Below, piece by piece: positions 29,458 through 40,800 of a stretch of DNA of 64,000 bases. Numbering within the stretch: the first letter of the stretch is position 1; each line of letters opens with the position of its first letter. The DNA is taken from contig JAJZNL010000036.1 of NCBI GenBank assembly GCA_021852345.1, forward strand, positions 99,940 through 163,939, given 5' to 3'. The translations under genes were made by a program, and so were the position numbers. A model generated the notes under the pieces. It was given only the letters and a program-made list of their open reading frames with translations. It was not told where the DNA came from and did no database searches. The DNA is from Actinomycetes bacterium (lineage in GTDB: Bacteria > Actinomycetota > Acidimicrobiia > Acidimicrobiales > JABEUL01).

Positions 29458-31211
29458 ATTTTAAGAGAAGAAGTTTTTTTAAAAAACGAAAAGCGTTTTC
29501 AATAAGATTACTGATTATCTTTGTTGTTGCTCTCACGGGTTCTTCATTTCTGGCAGGTTGTTCGTCACCAGTGACCTCGGCTCCCCAGGTGCCGATTGAG
29601 ACAAATGCAACCGTAACTGTCGCTGTTCCAAATCTTCCTACAAACTATAATCCAAACGTTCCTGCAGGAAATAATTTTTTAACCCAGCAGATAATGGATT
29701 GCCTTTGGCCTCAAATTTTTTCATATGACGGTAATTATGAAACAAATTTGGATACTGCAGTAATATCGCAGGCTGAATTAATTTCAATTGATCCTCAGAA
29801 AGTTCAATATACTATTGCATCTAATGCGGCGTGGTCAAATGGAACCCCGATTACGGTTTCCGATTTTGTATATAATTGGAAGGCTCATGTCGGTATCGGA
29901 CTTGATTCGGGCAATAAGCCCTATCAGGTCGTGCAGCAGCCAGGCTATAATGACATTGCCTCGATTGAACCTACGCAAAATAACCAGATATTTACGGTTA
30001 CGTTTATTAAACCTTTTGCTGATTGGGAATCACTGTTTTCAAATTTGGTTCCTTCTCAGGTTGCTCAGAAAGTGGGTTGGAGTACCGGGTTTACTAATGT
30101 TTCTCCGGCTACGGAGGTATCTGCCGGGCCGTTCGTGATAAGTGGATATGTTCCAAATCAATCTTTGACCCTGACAGTCAATAAGAAATTTAATGGTACT
30201 AAGCCTCACATAGCCAGACTGATTTTTAAAGTATATCCATCGGCTCAGTCAATGTTACAGGCCGTAGAGTCAAATCAGGCTCAGCTAACTATTGGCCAAT
30301 ACAGTCCGTTAACAGTCGCAAATTTAAATAAGATTAATGCCTTAAACGTTGAAACTCATAAGTCATTGGCTGCTGTAATGATGACCTATAACCCGGCTTA
30401 TCCGGTGTTTGCCACCAGTCAGTTAAGGCAGGCTATCAGCTCTCTTGTCGACTACAATCAACTTGCCTCTGATACCGAAGGATTGTATAATCCAGGGGCA
30501 TATCCGCTCACAAATATGATTTTTGCTCAAAATCAATCTGGATATACCAATGATGCCGGTAATTTGGCTTCCCCAAATACACCGGAATTGACCCAAATGC
30601 TAGCGGCTGCTGGTTTAAGCTACAATTCGCAGGGCGTGTTGGTGTTTAATAATCAACCTGTGAGCTTTACTTTGGGTTACGATTCCAACGATATGTTGCA
30701 AGCTACCGCCGCATCAAACTTGCAAGCACAATTTCGAGATGCGGGAATAAACGTAACATTAACGCCGTATCAAAACAGTGGAACGGAACAGACGGCTTTA
30801 CAGGCAAACAATTTTCAAATGACAATAGAAAAAGTTACTTTAAATCCTTATGCATCGTACTCTACTGCCTCTTTAACTCAAGACCAAATTTATAATCAAC
30901 CAAACGGCTCATGGCCAATCGGACAGGGAGTAAACCCATCGGTTGTGGAAAAAACTACTCCGCAAATATCTACCTTGATTGATCAGGCAGATTCCTCTCT
31001 GGATACTCTAAAGTCTCAAGATCTCTATCAACAAGCCGATCAACTTTTGTGGGCAACTTATCTTACGGTTCCGCTATTTGAAGAACCGTATTCAATTGTG
31101 ACAAATAACCTATTGCAAAATGTCCAGTTCAACCCCTCGGAATTCGGTCCATTTTCGTCAGTATCAAATTGGGCAGTGGTAAATGCTACAGCGTTGACTA
31201 CATCTACTTAG
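29454..31211 (+). CDS. ABC transporter family-5 (peptide/nickel-type) substrate-binding lipoprotein
   Basis: Likely GTG start overlapping the secG stop (GTGA); RRSFFK, hydrophobic stretch and lipobox LAGC; AAWSNGTPITVSDFVYNW, SAGPF, YLTVPLF family-5 motifs. Confidence 0.82.
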   Translation: MNFKRRSFFKKRKAFSIRLLIIFVVALTGSSFLAGCSSPVTSAPQVPIETNATVTVAVPNLPTNYNPNVPAGNNFLTQQIMDCLWPQIFSYDGNYETNLDTAVISQAELISIDPQKVQYTIASNAAWSNGTPITVSDFVYNWKAHVGIGLDSGNKPYQVVQQPGYNDIASIEPTQNNQIFTVTFIKPFADWESLFSNLVPSQVAQKVGWSTGFTNVSPATEVSAGPFVISGYVPNQSLTLTVNKKFNGTKPHIARLIFKVYPSAQSMLQAVESNQAQLTIGQYSPLTVANLNKINALNVETHKSLAAVMMTYNPAYPVFATSQLRQAISSLVDYNQLASDTEGLYNPGAYPLTNMIFAQNQSGYTNDAGNLASPNTPELTQMLAAAGLSYNSQGVLVFNNQPVSFTLGYDSNDMLQATAASNLQAQFRDAGINVTLTPYQNSGTEQTALQANNFQMTIEKVTLNPYASYSTASLTQDQIYNQPNGSWPIGQGVNPSVVEKTTPQISTLIDQADSSLDTLKSQDLYQQADQLLWATYLTVPLFEEPYSIVTNNLLQNVQFNPSEFGPFSSVSNWAVVNATALTTST

Positions 31212-31340
31212 AACAGGTTATTAACCGCCATAAATTTATATCGAGATGTTTAATCGGTGTTATCATATAATAACGAAGTCTGACGATACAACTGCCGTTG
31301 AAATTATAGATCGTCTGATCGGTTATAGCTTATTTTAAGA

Positions 31341-31424
31341 GTCGGAGTGGCGGAATAGGTAGACGCGCTAGCTTGAGGGGCTAGTACCCGCAAGGGTGTG
31401 GGGGTTCAAGTCCCCCCTCCGACA
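31341..31424 (+). tRNA. tRNA-Leu (anticodon GAG), CCA not encoded
   Basis: Acceptor GTCGGAG/CTCCGAC; anticodon arm CTAGC-TTGAGGG-GCTAG; long variable arm ACCCGCAAGGGT; T-loop GGTTCAAGTCC. Confidence 0.95.
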
Positions 31425-31882
31425 CGCTTATTTGTTAGTGCATATATATAATTGCGCGCAGTTATGTTGTCACATGCTTTTCAATTACGTATAGGTGGGT
31501 GGTTGGTAATCAGTGAGTGAATTAGCGTTTCGGAAACTAACGGTAAAACAATATTTAATTCATGCGCAAAGGTTTGGCATTGGTTAAAAGGTCACGTAAA
31601 GCGAATTGACATCAGCCAAACAGTCTTTTGTGTCACAGCATTACAAAAAGCTCAGGGTAAGCACGGCTATCTAGCTTCAATGGTATGTGTTCTGCTAGCA
31701 AGTGTCGATATTTATTAGTCTAAATAAATTTGTTTTGAGTACACCATAAGTTTTGTTGTTGGCACTTGATGTTTCTGATTATTAATGTTATAATTAAATA
31801 CAGGCCAGTTCAAAAGTACGCAGTTTGTATTTTTTGATTTAAAATACGTAAATTATGATTTACAGTCATAAATCCATTTTGC

Positions 31883-34800
31883 ATGGGAAATAATAGTTTT
31901 AAAAAAAATTTATTCCGAAATGTTTTACTAAGTTCAGAGTCGATATCCAATGTTGCGGATGATAGTAATTCGAGCTTGAATAAAGATTGTAACGATTTAA
32001 ACGTTTACCCCAATGATGACTTAAGTATATCTAATCCACCAAGCACAAGGGGGGAATACACTACTTTGGGTTCTTGGCTGCGCTCTTGCGGTGTTTTACT
32101 CCTTGTCGGTGTCTTGATATTTGCATTTACACCGGCCATAAATGAATTGTATCTTGGTAGTTCTGCAACAAATGGAAACTTAATCCCTAAGGCGAATTCT
32201 GGAAAAAACAATTTACATAACAAGAGGCCTAACCTAAAATCGAATCGGCTTAAATCGGGTAGGTTAAGACGCTTTACAAAAATGAAACCGGTTGTAAGCG
32301 CAGCGAGTCTCGGGGCTGGATGTAGCTCAAATGGGGTCACCGTTGTTTGTAATTATTATCCTACCGGTTCGTCTCAAACTTTAACGGTTCCCGTACCAAT
32401 TACTTCCATAAATTTTAGTCTATATGGGGCGCAAGGAGGAGGCGCAAACGGAGGGGACGGATCTTATTTGTCTGGAAGCATGGGCATAAGTGCTTCTAAT
32501 GACATGATAACCATTAACGTCGGAGTCGGAGGTGGGATGAATGCAAATGGTACAAATGCAGCACAACAGTCCGGAGGTTGGCCTAATGGAGGTTCTGGGG
32601 GTTCCAGCAGTTCTAACTCGGGGTGCGGAGGTGGCGGAAGTACTACCTTGGTCGAAGGGGTAAATACTGTTATAGCCGCGGGCGGCGGAGGCTGCGGCGG
32701 TTTTTCCAGAAACGGATCTCCGTCGTCTGGCGGTACAGGTGGAGCCGATAATTCAACTGGAGGCAATGGTCAAACTGGAGGCAATGTACATGTACCTTTT
32801 TGCGGTGGCGCAGGCGGCGGTGGCGGTAGCTCAGGGGTGAACGGAGGCGGCGGTGGCGGTGGTGGCTCGTGTGGCGGTTCAAACGGCGGGAATGCATCCG
32901 GAAATTCTGGCGGCGCAGGCGGGAATGGATATAGCGCCGCATCTCCATATGGCGGAGGCGGAGGAGGCGGAGGCGGCGGCTGGGTCGGAGGCGGCGGCGG
33001 AGGCGGCGGCGGAGACGGCGGAGACGGCGGAGGCGGCGGCGGAGGTCAAGACGGTTGGATCGGCGCCAATGTCGTAGACTATGTTGGTCAGGGTGCGGGA
33101 TACTCGTCATATCCATACGGTCGTAATGGATTTGCTCGAATATCTTGGAATTTGGTTTCCTCTACAGTAACTACATCTTCTTCTATAGTTAATGTTGCCG
33201 CTGGAAACTCTATTCCTTTATACGGTTTGGTGGCTCCTACTGTTGCAACCAATCCTACCTATATCCCTACGGGAACCATAAATTTCGTAAATACCAATAC
33301 AAATATATTGGCGTGCTCGGCGAGCGTTATAGGCTACTCTCAAAATGGATTGGGCGAATGTTATATTTCAGCAACTTCGTTAGGAGAATCCCAATATTAT
33401 GTAAATTATTCGGGTGACGGAGCAATTCAGCCGAGCTATGATTCAGTTATCGAAACGGTTGACGTCACTCCAGATCCCACATCAATTCAGCTTGCTACTC
33501 CTGTTGTAAACAATACTAATCAGAACATCTCGCTGTCGGCAACCGTAACCCCAACTAGCCCTCAAGTTATGCCACTCAGCGGAAGCGTAGACTTCAATTA
33601 TTCGACTTCGAATTTTTCGGGTCCTTTTACTAATTTGGGTTGCAGCCAGACAGTATCTACGACGCTGACGATTGGTCAGACCGCTCAAGTTACATGCAAC
33701 TTTAACGGAATTCCCGGAAGTTCATATTACATCCAGGCAACGTATGTACCAACTTCTGGTAATACTAACGGCTCATCTACATCTAACGTTACAACGTCTA
33801 TCTTAAATAAAATATCTACTACGACTCAGGTGTCGCTCAATACGTCATCGGTTGTGTACGGAAGTAACATTACCGCATCGGCTCTTGTCAAAAATATACC
33901 CAGCTCAACAGACACTTCACCTACGGGTACCGTAACTTATGAGTATTTTGATTCAGCTACAAATACTGTGTCTAACGTTAGTTGTATAGGATCGCCAAAC
34001 CCCGCTCTGGTGACATCTTCTGGTGGTGTTCCCTCGTGTACCTTCATGCCTTCTGTTGCGCAAAATGCGATTGAAACATACTATTCCGGCGACGCCCAGA
34101 CACTTTCAAGTACTTCTGCTGCCGCTAATTTCAGCGTGAGTCGGGCAAGTCTTTCTCTCTCCCTTTCTGCGATTTCGACAGCGAGCGCAAACTATATTGG
34201 AGTACCAGTTGTCGTCACTGCAACGTTGAAGAATTCTTCGAATTCGGGGTCTGCTCCGTCTGGTCCAGTTGAGTTTTTGGAAAACGGAACTCCGATTACT
34301 GGTTGTACCGCAGTAATACCGACCGTTAGTTCAACGGCGGGAACCTCGACCGCTCTTTGTACAGGCGCAACTCCACCGACAAACTTAAGTCCTATTGTGT
34401 TCACTGCAAGTTACTGTTCTTACTCAAGCAATAGCGACTGCCAGAACTGGAATTTGCCGATTGCCGACGGTACGTTTAGTTATGTTGCGGTGCCTGATCC
34501 AACGCAAGTCGCATTATCTCCAGTTGACTCTTTGGTTCATCCGATACATATAAGTGCTGGCACTCCAGTTACCGTGACGGCTACGGTTTCTGACACATTT
34601 GGAAATGTGCCACCCACTGGTTTAATTACGTTTTATGAAAATGGGCAGGTGATCAGCGGCTACAATTCGACGAGTTGTCAAGGGATAGCACCCACTTCTG
34701 GAACCAATAATACGGCAACGGCAATATGTGAATTCGTACCCCCTTCTGGAACCGCGGTGTCCGTAACGGCTAGCTATAACTTGGGTACGGATAACACCGA

Positions 34801-37800
34801 TCCGTTAACAACGGGTTCAAGTTCAAACCTTACTTCGGTATTGTATTATGTCGTAGGTGGTGCCACTACTTCGGTGGTGCCGTCTGTAGAGACTCTGTCG
34901 GGTACTCAAATTTCGACAACTACACAGATACCGTACGGAGAAAATGTTTTGCTTGCCGCAACCGTAACCTCCTCAGGCACAATTGTAAACGAAGGCACCG
35001 TAGATTTTCTTGTCAACAACCTACCCATTACTGAAAACGGAGTGCAAGTTTGCCAGAATATATCGGTGTCTAACGGTATTGCCGTGTGTAGCGTTCCCGT
35101 TGGCCTTGATTCAGGTTCGGTTACAATCGGTGCAAGTTATTCCGATGCTGGTACTGCTTTTAATTCAAGTTCGGGAAATCAAATGTATAGTGTGGTCGCC
35201 GCTACAACAACAACTTCGTTAAATATAGGACCTTATAGCTCAACTTCAATTTACTTAACTGCAACTGTAAATACGCCAAGTTCAAATATTGCGCCGTTGG
35301 GAACGCTGAGTTTTTATGAGAATGGAACTTTATTGAGCGGTTGCACCAATATGCCGGTAACGTCAAGCGGATCGAGTTCGTATGCCACGTGTATAATTCC
35401 AACTCCTGCCGGGTCGAATAACTACTATGGGCAATTTATTTCCAGCAGTACCGCAGATTTCATCGGTTCGACCTCGCCTACGGTGTCGTACCCCGTTATA
35501 TCAAACTGTACTAGCGGATCCGTTTATTCTACAATATGGTCGGACGCTCAAAGTTCGTCGACTTTGACATTCGGAGTCGGACCTCTGGGGACCTCGGTGG
35601 ATAGTTTAAAATTAAACATTGTAGCTCCTACCGGAACATGTAGTACTGGAACCCCGATCTTATTTAACTCTGGAAGTTTCACTTTATTTGGTTCGACTTT
35701 AGCATCTTCGTCTAACTTGTCCGGTTACATTCTTCAATCTTCTTCAGGCACGGTTCAGATTGAGATAACTGGGGGCACAATTAATTTTCCCTCGGGTTGG
35801 CATTTAGGGTCGGTTACTTTTTCACCGTCTACTTCGATCTCTTTTAATTTATCATCAGCAACTACCGTATCGTCACTGGCATCAGCACAATTTGCGGTAC
35901 CGTTAACCGCGCTGCCCTTCGGAATACCAGATTCTTCTTTGAGCTACCAAATGATTGTTAGCATTCAATCAAATTCTTTAATTTCAGTTTCAATAGATCC
36001 GGTCGGATCACCGGGTTCAGTTCCTTACGTAAGCGCAAGTATCAACATAAGCATGAGCGGAACCCAACCGTCGTTGTCTTCCAGTGCGGTAATTGGCAAT
36101 TTACCGTTAGGGGGACCAGTTACGGTAAGTCTTGCGGTTTCTCCCGGCTCTACGGGTTCTGTTGCAGCAAGTATAACGGTGCCTATTACAGGGAGTTCGG
36201 CGACTACTTTGGTGCCCGGACTTTCAGTGTCAAACGTTATTGCAACTTTGTCAAACACATCGGGGCTTACCATTACAGCAACCGCCCAATTTGCCAATTC
36301 AAGTGCACCAGTTACATTGAATCTATCGGGAAACTATTTGAATTCTAAGTGGACATTAAATGTCAGCACAACCACCATAACTTGGTCGCCGTTTGCTTCT
36401 TTGACTATTTCTGCAACATTCAGTGGATCTGTGATAATTTCTACGAACGGATCTATTGAGTATGATATCGAAGCGGGTACGGCACCTACGTCATTAACTT
36501 CACCAGTGCTTGCAACATGGTCACCGACGGCGGGACTGACTATATCAATTAACTGTATTGCTTTGGCCTACGGTATGACGCCTGGCTGCGGTGCAAATCT
36601 TAGTGGTCCGACTCCGACAGACCCGCAGCTTGTTATTCTTGCGGCTATAAATGTCGGCGGATCTACTTATGGTTTGACGGCGGGTGTAAGTGCATCTATT
36701 GATCTAAAGACAGGTGCAATCAATGCCGTTAACGACCCGTCAATTAGCCCCACTTCAATTTCAATCGGGTCGGCAATTACAGTTAATATTACTTCACTGT
36801 CAATTACCGGCATAATAGGGTCTAGCGTAAGTTTTTCCGCATCGGCTTCAGCATTAATTCCGTCGTTGAGCTATGGCTCTTCAAATCCACTTACGGTCAG
36901 CATTTCGGATCAATCAGGTCAACTTTTGATAGTCGTTTCAAATGTTAGTTTTGCAAATGTTGGGTTGCCCTTAGTTGGGTTGTTTATATATAGCTCGGGT
37001 TCGATTTCATCTTTTAGCACAAATGACTCAAATTTCCCGACGGTGAATATAAATCAAGGATTTAATGCCTGGGCGGTTTACACGCCTTCGACTGGGGTAA
37101 TCAATACTCTAAATCAGGCCGGATTTTCGTTGTCGGCCGGTGATACTGTAGTATTTAACGGATCCTGGTCACCTGGTTCGCAACCTACATTTTATGCTGC
37201 ACTTACTGCTCCGACTGGATTCCCATTTTTGAAGTTACCTGGCGGGGCTACCATTAATTCATTTGAATTAGAGTATTCAAACTCCAACTTAACAATTTCA
37301 GTTACAGCGTCGATTCCGCTGCCGTCTGCTGGTACCGCTCAAGTTTTGCTTTCGGTTGTCATTAATGCGGACGGTTCTTTCAGCGGTACGGCAACTATTT
37401 CGAATTTAGTCGTATTTGGGCAGACGTTTGGTTTAACCGGCACCATATCAAAGAGTTCATCTGGAACAATAACGGCAAATATCTCAACTTGTCAACCCAC
37501 ATCTACGGGATGTACTCCAGGGGCAATCGCAGGTCCGATTTCGCCATTTTCGTCAGTGCCGATTCAATTTTCTGATCTTAATTTTTCGTTAGGAACTTCT
37601 GGACTCACGTTCAGTGCCACGATGAGTGTAAGCTCCTTGGGGTCCCTTACGGTAACGGGAACGTTTAATTCGCTTTCAAATTGGACATTTACCGTCTCGT
37701 CATCGATGGCAGAATCTTTTTCGCCGGTTCCTCAGATAACGATAGATGCTGCTTTCAGCGGCACTTTGGCCGATGCTAACGGTGCCATAACATTTAATTT

Positions 37801-40800
37801 AACCGCATCTGGTCAAAACGGAAACCCATTGCTATTGGTAAGTATTAATGGTGTTACCTTTAGCATTGATTCTGTAGAGTTTGGCAACAGTGTACCTCCG
37901 AGCGGATGTTCGATTGCCAATGCGGGAGATCTTTGGTTGAATGCTTTAGGCAGCTTGTCTTTAACACTTGGAAATTTTTCGGGATCGGTAAATGCCGGTG
38001 GTTGTTTTGATATCTCCAATAAGTCCTTTTCTCTGACAGCTACAGATTCTTCATTAAGTTACACTTCTCCTGACGGTTACGTTACCGTTGGTTCGCCGGA
38101 GATTTTGCTAACAGAATCAAACGGAGCCTTATCTGTGTCGGTTCAGGCTAATCTTTCCATTAAAATGCCTGATGGAGGGGCATTCACTTCGACTGTAACG
38201 GTTCAGTTCCAAAACGGTGGTTTTATTGTCGGTTTGGCAGCGAATTTGTCCAGTTGGTTGGGATCTACAGGCGATTCGGTCTATGTTTACTTTTCAACTG
38301 TAGCTGTATCTAGCTTTAATACGGGAGCACCCACGATCGGAACCATAAGTTTGCCAGAGGGCATTACCTTTGCGTTAACTTTAAATGTCCCTCAATCAGT
38401 CTTAAATGCACTAGCGGCTGTAAACATTAATCTTCCAACCGGTACGGGTCTGGTGGCCATAGGTTCGGTGGATTTCGCAAATCATACCTTTGATTTTACG
38501 ATATCGGTTAGCTTTGGTACGGGGATTCAGATATTCAATCTGTCAGGCACCAGTTTGGAGTTGACTTCAGGGTTTTTGTCTGTTACGATTTCTACTTCTC
38601 AGGTAATTTTTGGGATTGGGCTACACGCGACCTTAACATTGCCTGCAGGCGAATCTGGAGGGTCGCCCTCTTCGGTAGATTTAACCGGCGAATTGACTAT
38701 ATCCACGAGCGGAATAAACGTATCGTTAGCGATGGGGAATTGTGGTTCGCCGACCGACCCGGGTTATACAAACGCCTTCGGTATAACTGGGCTTACAATA
38801 AAGTGTGCAGCTCTTCAAGGAGGAATTAGTTTAGACCCACCCTTCCCAAACGTTGGATTCTACGGAACAATAACTTCTTTGCCTGCATCAATTGCCAATA
38901 CTTTGGGTTATATCGAAGGTGCCCCCATAACGTTTGCATTTAACTTGGATCCTTTCTTGTTATCACTTTCTATCGGAACTCAAAATTCGACCACTCCCGC
39001 ACTGGAACCGTTAATGGCCTTTGGTCAAGGGAGCCTCATAGAAATTAACTATGCCTCATTTTATGTATGTCCCTTTGGGGCAACCATTGCCGGAACTGTA
39101 TATCAGCCTGGATTTGGCATGGCTTTTAATGCGGTATTATTTGGGGTAACCGTAGATATTACTGCAGATATAGGGTTTTCGCCACCGAGCATTTATTTCA
39201 GCGGTTATGTATCTCAGATAACGGTGGGCTCTCTATCGATAGGACCAATATCAATTCTTTTGTCCGCTTCTCCTTCCAGTTTCGAATTTAAGTTTAGTGG
39301 TGCACTTAATTTGGGCCCGGGTAATGTACAAATTGGGCCGGCTCTGCAAATCGGAGGCGCGTTAAATGCAAACGTGGAAATTGATTTGAATACCAGTGGC
39401 TTTTCTGCATACATTTGGGGCTCAATATCGGTTACCGTGGCAGTAAAAGTTGCGACGTCAACTTGCTATTGGCATAAGGTTGTTCCCTATCCGTGTAATT
39501 GGCAGTGGAGAGGTACCACGGGAAGTTTTACTTTATCTAAGACGGGATTCAGCGTTAATTCGTCGGGTATTACTTTGTCTGCCGACGGATATGCTCTTAC
39601 ATTTTCTTTCTCAGGCGGGGGTGTTTCCATAAGCAAAGCTTCCTATGAGACGGGTAGTTCAAAGATCCAGAGTCTGCAGTACTCCAAAGGGCATTCAAGC
39701 ACAACGCATGGATCATATCTGTTGATGGCTTACGATAAGGTATCAAACAAGCCGGTAGTAGCAGGTAGTCTGCAGGGCGAACAAAGTGCCAGTGGTTTAA
39801 GTTCCAGAGTTTTAAGTGCCAGTGGTTTGCAATCACAATTAGTCGCTACGAAATCAGTGGTTCCTTTCAACAGTACCCAAGATACGGTAAATCTGAATTA
39901 TGTTACGGGCATAGCTCATGTTATTCCGACTCCAAATGTAAGTCAGAAATTCAATGCCGCTCCGACAATGGGTAATCAAGTGGGTGAGTGGTCGGTATCT
40001 GCTAATTTGCCGACACCAACGGGAATGCCTATGTCAGTTGTTTTAAAGAATGGTGATGTCTTGGTGGCTGGCGGGATTAATGGTAGCGGTACGATTCTAA
40101 ATTCCGTAGAAATATATAACCCAAAGACACAACTATTTACGTCTGCTCCCTCCATGATCTTTGATACCTTGGGCGGAACGATGACTCTGTTAAAGAACGG
40201 CAATGTTTTGGTATCCGGTGGATTTAACAATAGCGGGGCGATGTCTCAGGCAGAGTTATATAACGCCAGCAATCAATCCTGGTCGCTAACTGGATCACTT
40301 CTATCTCCGGCTGCATACAGCCAGTCGATTTTGCTTAATAGTGGAGAAGTCCTGATAGTGGGAGGTGTGAACTCCAACAATTCGCCGGTGGCTAAAGCAG
40401 AACTATATAATCCCGAAACACAAAAATTTAAATCGGTGAGTAGTATGAACTTGCCGAGAGCCGAATTCATGTCAGCCGCTTTAGACGGCAATGAAGTTCT
40501 GGTAGCCGGCGGGGTTACATCCCACGGTAAGATTACTGATACTGCCGAGATCTATAATGTATCGACAAATACCTGGTCATTTACTGCGAACATGACCCAG
40601 TCTCACTACTTAGGGCAGGCCATCTTACTTAAGAATAAGGAAGTCTTGGTTTTAGGTAACTCCGTTTCGGGTGATATATATAATCCCGTAACAAGAAAGT
40701 GGTCTCAGACCGCTGGAGGAGACAGCATTTTGGTGGCCTCTTCAGCAGTTCTATTAAATAACGGGCAGGTACTTGTTGTAGGGGGAAGCAGTCTCGGCCA

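Noticed and set aside
31425-31882. attL/attR duplication of the tRNA-Leu or tmRNA 3' end; c-di-GMP riboswitch
   Set aside because: Only weak partial matches (GGTGGGTGGTTGG near 31490; CTCCGGCCAC near 42505); the GGCAAA...GAAA...GACGCAAA riboswitch core is not present
32670-33116. Arg-rich 148-aa minus-strand ORF (and other antisense ORFs inside the giant gene)
   Set aside because: Shadow frames of the GGN poly-Gly and Ser/Thr-rich coding strand
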